Position numbers and translations under genes: made by a program. Under the pieces are notes generated by a model. The model was not told the origin of the DNA. It saw only the letters and a list, made by a program, of their open reading frames with translations, and searched no databases. 64,000 nt of DNA from positions 345-64,344 of the forward strand of contig JAAYHY010000008.1 of NCBI GenBank assembly GCA_012735135.1, read 5' to 3'. Shown here piece by piece: positions 10,364-19,707 of the stretch. The stretch's first letter is position 1, and each line of letters begins with the position of its first letter. Origin of the DNA: Bacillota bacterium. GTDB lineage: Bacteria; Bacillota; UBA4882; UBA10575.

Positions 10364-10496
10364 AAAATAAACACCTCCATCGGTAGTGTGGTCGAAATCC
10401 GGAATTCTATCCGCCCAACTGTTCATCCGGAGCAGGAATGGGCGGGATAACCGGTGGAGGAGGGGTAAATAATGAGATGGGGCGGGAAACGCCCCT

Positions 10497-11306
10497 TTAT
10501 ATTTTTCCGGTCAAACGATACCAAGTAATTAAGCCAATCCCTCTCAGGAGACGGAAACCACTTAGTAACGAATAGATTTTACCGGTGACTTTGCCCGGCT
10601 TTTGGGCAGCCAGACGGACGAAGAATTCACCGACCGTTGCCGGGGGAACGCCGAAGGCTTTTAGGACATAGGGCAGAGCGGCTAATTGCTGCCGGCCTTC
10701 CGGGCCGGCCTTGATGTTTTGGTAAAAACCGGTGGCGACCATGCCGGGAACGACCGCGTGGATGGAGATGGGATAGGCTGCGTTCTCTTTGGCCAAACCC
10801 TTGGTCAAGGTTGTCACCGCCGCTTTTGTCGCCGTATAGGGGACCATGTAGGGGGCATAATCGCCATTTCCGCCCCGGCCGCTCATATTGATTAAGATTC
10901 CTTTACCTTGAGCTTTAAAATAGGGAATGATCAGTTGGCAAGCGAGTAACGTGCCGGTGAGATTAACGCCGACAATAGTCCGGATTTCGGAGGCGGGGAT
11001 CTCTTCCAGGGGCCGGTAGCCGCTGGAGATGCCCGCATTATTGATCCAGACGTCAATCCGCCCCCAAGTGGCGATGGCATGTTCAAATAACTGCTGTAAG
11101 TCATCCTTGCGGGAGACATCGGTCGCGAGGCCGGTGACGGCATACCCTTTTTCCTGCAAGGAACCGACTACTTCGTTCACTTTCACTGCATTGCGGGAGG
11201 AAATGACGACTTTGGCCCCATTCCGGGCACACGCTTCGGCAATGGCGAGGCCGATTCCCCGGGTGGAACCGGTAATCACAACCACCTTTCCCGCTAAAGA
11301 TTTCAT
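10497..11306 (-). CDS. SDR-family oxidoreductase
   Basis: TGSTRGIG Rossmann motif, NNAG, and the Y..TK catalytic motif (YTATKAA). ATG 11306 has an AGGGGG SD. Confidence 0.9.
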   Translation of the reverse strand: MKSLAGKVVVITGSTRGIGLAIAEACARNGAKVVISSRNAVKVNEVVGSLQEKGYAVTGLATDVSRKDDLQQLFEHAIATWGRIDVWINNAGISSGYRPLEEIPASEIRTIVGVNLTGTLLACQLIIPYFKAQGKGILINMSGRGGNGDYAPYMVPYTATKAAVTTLTKGLAKENAAYPISIHAVVPGMVATGFYQNIKAGPEGRQQLAALPYVLKAFGVPPATVGEFFVRLAAQKPGKVTGKIYSLLSGFRLLRGIGLITWYRLTGKI

Positions 11307-11413
11307 TAGAAAATCCCCCTTTCCTGTCAACCTCAAGCCCTTAGGACTATCTTATTGGGAAAAGCTTGCAAGTATTACTAAAGGCGGGTGACAGTTCCAG
11401 GGGGATGATTATT

Positions 11414-12790
11414 TTAATTATCTTCCACAAAGAGTTGGACCGGAAAACCCACCAGCTTAGTGATTTTGCCGTCGATCTTCTCCTCTTCGGTTTCGGCAAA
11501 AGATTCCAGTTCGGCGAGGGCCGCCTGGGCTTTGTCCAGCCGTAAATTGCCGGTGGTCCCGGTGTAGGTCCGGGCTTTAATCGCCGTCTCCGGGTCGCGG
11601 GACTCCAACTGGTCAAGATGCAAGCCCACTTCTTTATAGGCGTCCCGGAAGGGCATCCCCTTGGCCACCAGTTCGAGGGCGGCGTCGGTGGCGTAGATCT
11701 CGGGCCGGAACCCGGCGCGCAAGGCTTCTTTATTCACCTGGACTTTACTGATAGCCAAATTCATAATCTGCACACAACCCAGGCCGGTCTCGCCCCCCCG
11801 CAGGAAGGGTTCCTTGGTCTCCTGGAAATCCCGGTTGTAGCCGGAGGGCAGGGCTTTGATGATGTTTTTGATCTGGAAGGCGCAGGCCGAAACGGTGGCG
11901 GATTTGGCCCGTAAGAGCTCCAGCCCGCACGGGTTTTTCTTTTGCGGCATAATACTGCTGCCGGAGCAGAGGTTGTCAGGTAAAGTAAAGTAGGCAAACT
12001 CGGGCATGGAGTATAAGATCAGATCCTGGGCCATTTTACTGAGAGTCAGGACCACCTGATCGACGGCATCCAGGATGATCGACTCCATCTTGCCCCGGCT
12101 GTTGTTGGCATACAAGACGTTATTCTGGACTTTGGCAAAACCGAGGAGCTCGGCGACGAGTTCCCGGTTGAGGGGTAAAGGCACCCCGTAGCTGGCCGCC
12201 GAGCCTAAGGGGGATTGATTGTTCAGCTGATAGGCGGTCTTGACCAGTTGGCAATCGTCCAGTAATTGTTCGGCATAGGCGCCGGCCCAGAGCCCGACGG
12301 AGGAAGGCATGGCGATTTGCATATGGGTCCGTCCCGCCATGGGCACCAGCTTATTCTCTTCGGCAAAAACAAGCAGGGTGTTGACAAGTTGGAGAATGTT
12401 TTTCAGGAAGGTTAGAAGAAAAGCCCGGGCGTAAAGGCGGGTGGCCACGATCACCTGGTCGTTCCGGGAACGGCCGGTATGAATCTTTTTCCCGGCGTCG
12501 CCGTACCGGGCGGTCAGGGCATTCTCGATGGCGGTATGGCCATCCTCATCCGCTTGGGTGATCGGAAAGCCTGTGCTGTCGTGGGCTTTAATGATCGAAA
12601 CCAGACCTTCTTTTAAGGAGGCCAGTTCCTCCTGGGTCAGGAGGCCGATACCGGCCAGCATCGTGGCATGGGCCAGGCTGGCCACGCAATCGGCCTTCAG
12701 GAGGCGCTGGTCCAGTTTGTAATCTTGACCGACGGTGAATTTTTCGACGAACGCATCAAGTTCGTAGTTTTTGTGCCATAATTTTCCCAT
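11414..12790 (-). CDS. argH: Argininosuccinate lyase
   Basis: Lyase_1/fumarase-family signature (GSSIMPQKKNP), TGRSRNDQV, and 458 aa. It lies directly downstream of argG with a 2-nt gap. Confidence 0.95.
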   Translation of the reverse strand: MGKLWHKNYELDAFVEKFTVGQDYKLDQRLLKADCVASLAHATMLAGIGLLTQEELASLKEGLVSIIKAHDSTGFPITQADEDGHTAIENALTARYGDAGKKIHTGRSRNDQVIVATRLYARAFLLTFLKNILQLVNTLLVFAEENKLVPMAGRTHMQIAMPSSVGLWAGAYAEQLLDDCQLVKTAYQLNNQSPLGSAASYGVPLPLNRELVAELLGFAKVQNNVLYANNSRGKMESIILDAVDQVVLTLSKMAQDLILYSMPEFAYFTLPDNLCSGSSIMPQKKNPCGLELLRAKSATVSACAFQIKNIIKALPSGYNRDFQETKEPFLRGGETGLGCVQIMNLAISKVQVNKEALRAGFRPEIYATDAALELVAKGMPFRDAYKEVGLHLDQLESRDPETAIKARTYTGTTGNLRLDKAQAALAELESFAETEEEKIDGKITKLVGFPVQLFVEDN

Positions 12791-12792
12791 CT

Positions 12793-14046
12793 TTACTCCT
12801 CGATTCCCAGTTTTTTATTGCGCCGGGCGAGAATTTCAAAGGGAAGACCCCGGATTTTGGCCGCATTGGCGCACCAGCGTTGGTCAAAACCGGAGGCTTT
12901 GATCGACCGGATCTCCGGCGAGAAAAGAGAAGTTTGGGGGTTATCCCGCTCACTAATGATGATGTTGCCCTTATATAGTTTAACCTTGGTGGTGCCGTTA
13001 ACCATCTTCTGGCACTGGGCGATGAAAGCGTCCAGGTCTTTCTTGAGGGGATGGAACCACTCACCGTGGTAAACCATATAAGCCCACTTGACGTCGACCA
13101 TCTTTTTAAATTGCCGTTCCTCTTTGGTCAGACAAGCCCCTTCCAAGTCCTGTTTTACTTTTAAAATGACTTGGGCGGCGGGGGCTTCGTAAATCTCCCG
13201 GCTCTTCAGATCCATGATCCCGTCTTCAAAAATATCGATTAAGCCGATGCCGTTCCGCCCGGCGATGGTGTTCAGCATGGGAATTAACTCGCCCAGTTTC
13301 ATCGGTTGGCCGTTGAGGGCGACGGGGACCCCCTGGGCGAAGGTGAGTTCGACCGTTTCCGGCTGGTCGGGGGCTTTTTCCGGCGGGGTGAGCCACATCC
13401 AGATGTGATCGGGGATGGCTTGGTTCAGATCAACCGCGCCGGAGGCAATCGACCGGCACCACATGGTCTTATCATCACCGCCGACGATAAATTCCTCGAC
13501 CGGCACTCCCCAGTGGGTACAGAGCATCAGTTCTTCTTTTCTGGTTAGATCAAAGTCCCGGACCGGCGCTAGTATCTCCACGTCCGGGGCGAACATTTTA
13601 ATGACATTATGCATCCGGTATTGGTCATTGCCCCGGCCGGTGGAACCTTCCAGAATACTGTCACAACCAAGCTCCAAAGCTTTTTTGGCCACCAGCTTGG
13701 CGATTAATTGGCGGGTCATTGAGGTGGAGACCGGATAGCCGTTATAATCGGAATTGGCGAGGATTGCCTTTTTCAGCCATTCTTCCGTGAATTCCTCTTT
13801 GGCATCGATAATAATCGGGTCGATCTTTAACTGTTTGGCCCGGTTTACTCCCATCTGCATTTCCTCTTCGCCTTGCCCCACATCGACGTTGATGGCGATA
13901 ATCTCTTCCGCCTTATATACGCGGCGGAGGAGTTCAATCCCCAAAGTGCTGTCCAACCCGCCCGAATAGGCAATGGCGCATTTTTTTACTTTGGGGATGG
14001 GGGTCGATTCGATCTTTTTTAAGATATCTTCGATTTTTGGCTCCAT
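12793..14046 (-). CDS. argG: Argininosuccinate synthase (divergent subtype)
   Basis: AYSGGLDST PP-loop, GSTGRGNDQ.R, and the APVRDF..TR.EE region. Coupled to argH. Confidence 0.9.
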   Translation of the reverse strand: MEPKIEDILKKIESTPIPKVKKCAIAYSGGLDSTLGIELLRRVYKAEEIIAINVDVGQGEEEMQMGVNRAKQLKIDPIIIDAKEEFTEEWLKKAILANSDYNGYPVSTSMTRQLIAKLVAKKALELGCDSILEGSTGRGNDQYRMHNVIKMFAPDVEILAPVRDFDLTRKEELMLCTHWGVPVEEFIVGGDDKTMWCRSIASGAVDLNQAIPDHIWMWLTPPEKAPDQPETVELTFAQGVPVALNGQPMKLGELIPMLNTIAGRNGIGLIDIFEDGIMDLKSREIYEAPAAQVILKVKQDLEGACLTKEERQFKKMVDVKWAYMVYHGEWFHPLKKDLDAFIAQCQKMVNGTTKVKLYKGNIIISERDNPQTSLFSPEIRSIKASGFDQRWCANAAKIRGLPFEILARRNKKLGIEE

Positions 14047-14060
14047 CAGCGCTCACTCCT

Positions 14061-14110
14061 ATGTAATAAATATTTATGCATAATATATAACAAAGAAAAA
14101 AACCTGTCAA
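14061..14110 (-). promoter_or_regulatory. Candidate argGH promoter with an overlapping AT-rich palindrome (possible ArgR/AhrC box)
   Basis: On the minus strand: TTGACA (14105-14110), a 17-nt spacer, then TATATT (14082-14087). This is followed by TGCATAAATATTTATTACA, which contains the perfect palindrome ATAAATATTTAT. Confidence 0.35.
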
Positions 14111-14362
14111 GCGTTGAAAGTTAAAAGAAGGTTATCTAATCAAGGCGATCATAAATAAACCACTATCATGCATATATATTTGGGAAAGAAACCGCTTTGG
14201 GCCTCAGCTTTTATCCGGATTGAAAATGGAAAATGGAAATTAGCAATGGGAAAAAGAAAAACCGCCGGTCCCGACGGTTGATATTTATAATAACCAACAA
14301 AACTCTGAGAAACGGACAATACCGATCGTTCAGAGATATAGAAAGAAGAAACACGTGAGGGA

Positions 14363-15505
14363 TTAGAGATAATTCAAAGGATTTTGGGTCTTTCCGTTTT
14401 TGATCACTTCGAAATGGAGGTGGGGACCGGTACTGTTGCCGGTGGAGCCGACGGCGCCGATCCGCTGTCCGGTTTTAACCTTTTGTCCGACTTTGACGTT
14501 AATCCGGGAAAGATGGGCGTAACGGGTTTTTAGGCCGTTGCCATGGTCGATCAAGATACAGTTGCCGTACCCACCGTTCCAACCGGCCTCGACCACCCGG
14601 CCGTCGGTATAGGCATAAACGGGGTTACCATGGTTGGCGGCGATATCAAGACCTTCATGAAAACGTCTTTGGCCGGTGATGGGGTGAATCCGCCAGCCGT
14701 AAGTGCTGGAGATTCTTTTTCCCTGCACCACCCCGTAGTTTACTCTGCCGCCCCGGTAAACGGTGGTCCGGGTCCCAACCCTGACGACCGCGTTGGTCGG
14801 TTCCTTTAAGGTGGTTTCTTGGATTACCTTTAATGTTTCTTGATAACCATTACGTAGAGTAATGTGATAAACAACTTCCTTCTCGCCCTCGACGCCTTCT
14901 CTGACAATAGACTTTTCATGGGTAAACATATTGTTGTTCTTTTGGTACTGGACGGCGAAGGGGATCGCTTCCACCACGGTGTTTTCCAGTTCAATAATGA
15001 CATCAAGGACGGGATTAAAGGGACTGACGACCAGCTTATCACCGGGATAGATCCGGTGGGGATCGACATCCGGGTTTAAGATCTCTAAATCGGCGACGGT
15101 CATGTTATAGGTTTTCGCCAAGTTCCAGAAGTTATCGCCCTTTTTGATGATAATCTCAACCGCTTCATTCTCAACGGCATAAATCTTCTCTATGGCCTGC
15201 GGGAACGGGTCAATCTGATCTTTCCGGACCTCAACCGGGATCAATTGCACGTCTTGGGCGAAGGAGATCTTTTTGACCTGGGCATCGGGATCGACCTTTT
15301 CTAAATATTGCTGCTGATAGTCGGTTAAGACCTTTTCCAAAGCTGCCTGGTCGGCGATGGTGAACCAAACTTCTCCGTCGACCACAAATTGATAGGCAGG
15401 CACTTTTTTCAAGTAATCGGCCCAGCTGATCAAGGCGGGGAAAACAGCAAAGACAAAGATAATTACAAAAAGCAATGCAACAATCCTTTTTATCACCAGT
15501 ACCAC
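14363..15505 (-). CDS. LysM-domain M23 family metallopeptidase (membrane-anchored)
   Basis: N-terminal TM segment, a LysM motif (FWNLAKTYNMTVADLEILNP....IYPGDKLVV), and M23 motifs (HEGLDIAA, GNCILIDHG.G..T.YAHL, GSTGNSTGPHLHFEV). Confidence 0.9.
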   Translation of the reverse strand: MVLVIKRIVALLFVIIFVFAVFPALISWADYLKKVPAYQFVVDGEVWFTIADQAALEKVLTDYQQQYLEKVDPDAQVKKISFAQDVQLIPVEVRKDQIDPFPQAIEKIYAVENEAVEIIIKKGDNFWNLAKTYNMTVADLEILNPDVDPHRIYPGDKLVVSPFNPVLDVIIELENTVVEAIPFAVQYQKNNNMFTHEKSIVREGVEGEKEVVYHITLRNGYQETLKVIQETTLKEPTNAVVRVGTRTTVYRGGRVNYGVVQGKRISSTYGWRIHPITGQRRFHEGLDIAANHGNPVYAYTDGRVVEAGWNGGYGNCILIDHGNGLKTRYAHLSRINVKVGQKVKTGQRIGAVGSTGNSTGPHLHFEVIKNGKTQNPLNYL

Positions 15506-15925
15506 AACCTTTAACTTCTGATAATACTTGAGGGGATTATCGTTTAAGCTGTAATAAAGGAAGTTGGGCTCTTCCAGTCCTTAATTAAAACTATATTCGA
15601 TCCGAACGGCAACTAGTCCAAAAATGGAAGTGCTGGGATCCATTCTATCATAATAATGGGGTTAAGTTTAGGAACAATTTTTGAGATCTATGGCCACAAT
15701 TTCAATTTTTCCGGGGAGCGCCGGGAGAGACCGAAAGTTTTTATCTTTTCCGTAAAATAAAGGAGAAAATAGATTTATAGAGAATAATTATCAATCTATA
15801 TACTAGTATTGCTGTTAAAACGGTTTATTAGGGTTGATCTTTTGAATAAATATGTAACGTTTTTCCGGGCTTTTTGTTCATGGAAAAATTTATGTGTAAC
15901 ATAATGTTAACAAGGAGGATCAGGT

Positions 15926-17497
15926 ATGGGTGGAGATCAATTACAAATTACGGTCGCAATGGGCTTATATATGTTGGTGGTGATTGGCATCGGGTTCTAT
16001 TATGCGAAAAGAGCCAGTTCCAACAGTGATAACTTTTTGATTGGCGGCCGGAAACTGGGCCCGTGGGTGACGGCGATGGCGGCGGAAGCTTCCGATATGA
16101 GCGGCTGGCTCTTGATGGGCTTGCCGGGGGTGGCTTATTGGTGCGGATTGAGCGATGCGATCTGGACGGCGATTGGCCTTTTAATCGGCACCTATTTAAA
16201 CTGGCTCTTGGTGGCAAGGAGGTTACGCCGCTACTCCGTGGAGGCCGGGAACGCCATTACCATCCCGGATTTTTTCAGTAACCGTTTTCAAGAAGAGAAA
16301 AAGGTCCTGATGACCATTGCCTCCCTCTTCATTTTGGTCTTCTTCACGGTTTATGCCTCCAGCTGTTTTGTGACAGTGGGTAAACTGTTTGCTTCAATCT
16401 TTGGGGCGAATTATCACCTCATGATGATTTTAGGGGCCCTTTTTGTCATCTTCTATACGTTTATCGGTGGTTTTCTCGCGGAAAGCGCTTCCGATTTTAT
16501 GCAAGGGGTAGTCATGTTTATTTCTCTAGTCACCGTTTTGGTGGCCGGGGCCAAGCTGGCCGGCGGTTGGTCGGCGGTACTGGCCAATGCCCGCCAGATC
16601 CCTGGTTTTCTGGAATTTTTCGGGATTGCCCAGCCGGTGATGGCCGGCGGCCTGCAGCAACTGGGCGTCGATGGGCAGCCTTTATTTGGTCCGGCCGGGC
16701 GCTATGGCTTGCTAACGGTTGTTTCGACCCTCTCCTGGGGGTTGGGCTACTTTGGGATGCCCCAGGTTTTGTTGAAATTTATGGCGATTAATAAAAGTGA
16801 GGAATTGGTCATCTCCCGGCGGATTGCCACCGTGTGGTGCGCCATCTCCCTGGCGGCGGCGGTGGGGATTGGCCTGATCGGCCGGGTGGTTTATCCCGCC
16901 GCTTTCCTGACCCAAAGTGGGGCGGAGAATATCTTTATTTTACTCTCTACCAATCTTTTCTTTCCTTTACTGGCCGGTTTTGTGATGGCGGGGATCTTGG
17001 CGGCGACGATCAGTTCTTCCGACTCTTATCTGCTGATTGCTGCTTCGGCCTTCTCCAAAAGTATATACCAGGGGATCATGAAAAAAGAAGCTTCCGACCG
17101 GGCGGTGTTGGTCGTCACCCGGATTACTTTACTGGTGATTGCCGCTTTTGCCATGTTGATTGCTTTAGATGAAAACAGTGTGATCTTTACGATTGTCTCC
17201 TTTGCCTGGGCGGGATTCGGGGCGACCTTTGGCCCGATTATGCTTTTCTCCCTCTTCTGGAAGCGGGTAACTTGGGCCGCGGCCATCGCCGGAATGGTCA
17301 CCGGGGGAAGTATGGTCTTCCTTTGGAAACTTTGCTTGAAACCGTTGGGCGGGATCTTCGGGATCTATGAATTGCTGCCGGCCTTTCTCCTCTCCTGTGC
17401 TGCGATTGTGCTGGTCTCGCTCATGACCCCGGAACCGGCGCCGGCGATCCAGGACCAGTTCGAAAAAGTCTGTGTCGCCGGGAGTAAGCTTCCGTAA
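15926..17497 (+). CDS. putP: Sodium:proline symporter (SSS family)
   Basis: 523 aa with about 13 TM segments, SSS family pattern (FLIGGR.LGPWV.A....ASDMSGWLLMGLPG), and an AGGAGG SD. Confidence 0.88.
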   Translation: MGGDQLQITVAMGLYMLVVIGIGFYYAKRASSNSDNFLIGGRKLGPWVTAMAAEASDMSGWLLMGLPGVAYWCGLSDAIWTAIGLLIGTYLNWLLVARRLRRYSVEAGNAITIPDFFSNRFQEEKKVLMTIASLFILVFFTVYASSCFVTVGKLFASIFGANYHLMMILGALFVIFYTFIGGFLAESASDFMQGVVMFISLVTVLVAGAKLAGGWSAVLANARQIPGFLEFFGIAQPVMAGGLQQLGVDGQPLFGPAGRYGLLTVVSTLSWGLGYFGMPQVLLKFMAINKSEELVISRRIATVWCAISLAAAVGIGLIGRVVYPAAFLTQSGAENIFILLSTNLFFPLLAGFVMAGILAATISSSDSYLLIAASAFSKSIYQGIMKKEASDRAVLVVTRITLLVIAAFAMLIALDENSVIFTIVSFAWAGFGATFGPIMLFSLFWKRVTWAAAIAGMVTGGSMVFLWKLCLKPLGGIFGIYELLPAFLLSCAAIVLVSLMTPEPAPAIQDQFEKVCVAGSKLP

Positions 17498-17654
17498 CCT
17501 GGCAAGATGAAAGCGCAGCCGGCAACGGCGTGTTAACCTGGTGAGTTCCGGAACCGGGAAAGTCCGCTGGTGATCCGGGGAGCCGCCCGCGCCGGTGGCT
17601 GCCATGGCCGAGAGATAAAATCTGTAACGATGAGATGAAAATTCCCGGAGAAAC

Positions 17655-17683
17655 TTGACTATTGCTTGGTGCTTTTATATACT
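17655..17683 (+). promoter_or_regulatory. Candidate sigma-A promoter driving the purine riboswitch leader
   Basis: TTGACT (17655-60), a 17-nt spacer, then TATACT (17678-83). Confidence 0.5.
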
Positions 17684-17742
17684 ACTAGTGTGGTTTTTGT
17701 CCCTGAAAAGAATTAGCGTATTCACCAAAAAATGAATATCTT

Positions 17743-17813
17743 CCCCAATATAATTTAGGCGATATGGGCCTAGAGTTTCTACCGAGCAACCGTAAATTGT
17801 TCGACTATTGGGA
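17743..17813 (+). promoter_or_regulatory. Purine riboswitch aptamer, guanine/hypoxanthine type
   Basis: CCAATATAATTTAGGCGATATGGGCCTAGAGTTTCTACCGAGCAACCGTAAATTGTTCGACTATTGGG matches the purine aptamer core (UAUAAU...AUAUGG...GUUUCUACC...CCGUAAAU...GACUAU). The P1 arms are CCAATA/TATTGG. There is a C at the specificity position before GACTAT. An NCS2 purine permease lies downstream. Confidence 0.85.
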
Positions 17814-17920
17814 GTAGTTGAGTCTACTTTTTCTTGTCCTGGCACGGGGTGATCTGTCTTCGGACTGGACCGGGAAAAAGAAAAGAGTAAAAGTAGGCTT
17901 GATTTCCCTTTTGAATTTAC

Positions 17921-17950
17921 GGCGATTGGTTAAAACCAATTGCCTTTTTT
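17921..17950 (+). terminator. Rho-independent terminator within the riboswitch leader
   Basis: GGCGATTGG-TTAAAA-CCAATTGCC followed by T6, about 125 nt upstream of the permease start codon. Confidence 0.7.
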
Positions 17951-18074
17951 AATTTCCTCGCGTTGGTCGTAACTAAGCGGAGCGGATTTGGGGAAGCTAC
18001 CAAATGAACTTTGGTTAATAGAGCGGGTTGCTCTTTAATAAAACAGCTAATTAAGGAAAGTGGAGGGATTTGGA

Positions 18075-19493
18075 ATGGACAAGTTTTTCAAGCTCCAAGA
18101 GAACGGCACCAAAGTATCGACAGAGATTGTCGCGGGTTTGACCACCTTCTTTGCCATGTCTTATATTATTTTTGTCAACCCCGCCATGCTCAGTCAGACC
18201 GGGATTCCCTGGGGCGGTGTCTTTTTGGCGACCATCATTGCTTCCGTCATCGGCACCCTCGTGATGGGGCTTTTTGCCAATGTGCCTTATGCCCAAGCGC
18301 CGGGGATGGGCTTAAACGCCTTCTTCACCTATACGGTTGTTTTTGCCTTGGGCTTTAGTTGGCAGCAAGCACTGGCCATGGTCTTTCTCTGCGGAATCAT
18401 TAATATTATCATTACAGTGACAAAGCTCCGGAAATCAATCATTAAATCAATCCCTGTCAGCCTGCAGAACGCCATTGGTGGCGGGATCGGGATTTTCATT
18501 GCCTACATTGGGGTTAAAAATGCCGGCCTGCTCAATTTTACCTCCGACCCCGGCACCTATCAACTATTGGACAGCGGGACGGTGATTGCCAGTTCCAGCG
18601 CGGTTCCTGCCCTGGTGGAATTTAATAACCCCACAGTGCTCCTGGCGGTGATTGGTCTTCTCTTAACGATTGTTCTGTTAGTGCTTAACGTAAGAGGCGC
18701 TATTTTACTTGGGATCATCGGGACAACCTTGATTGGGATCCCCATGGGTATTGTTGATATCTCCACCATTGGCGCGACCACCGGTGTGGCACAGGCCTTC
18801 CGGGATTTGGGCACGACTTTTGGGGCGGCTTTCGGACCACAGGGACTGCCTTCGCTGTTTAGTGATCCGGCCAAAATCCCCCTTGTTTTGATGACGATCT
18901 TTGCTTTTAGTCTCTCCGATACCTTTGATACCATCGGGACCTTCATCGGGACCGGGCGGCGTAGCGGGATCTTTAGCGCAGAGGATGAAAAAATGATGCA
19001 TTCCAGCTCCGGTTTTAAATCCAACATGGACCGGGCGCTGTTTGCGGATGCCATTGCCACCTCCATTGGCGCTGTGTTCGGTACTTCCAATACCACCACT
19101 TATGTGGAGAGCGCGGCCGGGATCAGCGCCGGCGGGCGGACCGGGTTGACCAGTGTAGTAACGGCCATCCTCTTCCTGGCCTGCATTTTCCTGGCTCCGG
19201 TAGCGGGGATTGTCCCGGCGGCGGCGACCGCTCCGGCTTTGATCGTGGTTGGGATTCTGATGTTAGCTTCCTTCAAGGAGATCAAATGGGATGTGATTGA
19301 GGAAGCCATTCCTTCCTTTTTTGCCGGGATCTTTATGGCCCTTTGCTACAGCATCTCCTACGGGATTGCCACCGGCTTCATCTTCTATCTCGTGGTTAAG
19401 ATCTGTAAACGGGAATTCAAGGATATCCATCCGATTTTAGTCGTTTCTACTTTGCTCTTTATCTTGAACTTCATCATCCTGGCGAAGATTTGA
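18075..19493 (+). CDS. NCS2-family guanine/hypoxanthine (purine) permease
   Basis: AzgA/PbuG-like pattern (FKL.E.GT....E..AG.TTFF.M.YI..VNP, multiple TM segments). ATG 18075 has a GGAGGG SD, and the gene follows a guanine riboswitch. Confidence 0.9.
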   Translation: MDKFFKLQENGTKVSTEIVAGLTTFFAMSYIIFVNPAMLSQTGIPWGGVFLATIIASVIGTLVMGLFANVPYAQAPGMGLNAFFTYTVVFALGFSWQQALAMVFLCGIINIIITVTKLRKSIIKSIPVSLQNAIGGGIGIFIAYIGVKNAGLLNFTSDPGTYQLLDSGTVIASSSAVPALVEFNNPTVLLAVIGLLLTIVLLVLNVRGAILLGIIGTTLIGIPMGIVDISTIGATTGVAQAFRDLGTTFGAAFGPQGLPSLFSDPAKIPLVLMTIFAFSLSDTFDTIGTFIGTGRRSGIFSAEDEKMMHSSSGFKSNMDRALFADAIATSIGAVFGTSNTTTYVESAAGISAGGRTGLTSVVTAILFLACIFLAPVAGIVPAAATAPALIVVGILMLASFKEIKWDVIEEAIPSFFAGIFMALCYSISYGIATGFIFYLVVKICKREFKDIHPILVVSTLLFILNFIILAKI

Positions 19494-19542
19494 CCCGATT
19501 AAAATAAGCAAAAGTGAAGAGAGTACTCACTCCCTACCTCCG

Positions 19543-19576
19543 ACCCTGAAACCTTTTGGTTTCAGGGTTTTCTTTT
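19543..19576 (+). terminator. Rho-independent terminator after the purine permease
   Basis: ACCCTGAAACC-TTTT-GGTTTCAGGGT followed by TTTTCTTTT. Confidence 0.8.
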
Positions 19577-19707
19577 CCACTGGCAATTATTATTCTTTGG
19601 CTGAAGCTGGAGAAAGCGATCGCCTTTTTATTGGGATAGAGCGGGCCGCTTTGACCAATACTCCAAAAAGGACCCTTACTTTTCCGCAAAAGACTGGAGG
19701 GAAAATA

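Noticed and set aside
17515-17602. A cobalamin riboswitch reading of the GC-rich putP 3' segment.
   Set aside because: There is no B12 box (AGCC.G..GACCTGCC-like) and no GCCACTG motif. The segment lies at the 3' end of a gene and upstream of a separate promoter plus purine riboswitch.
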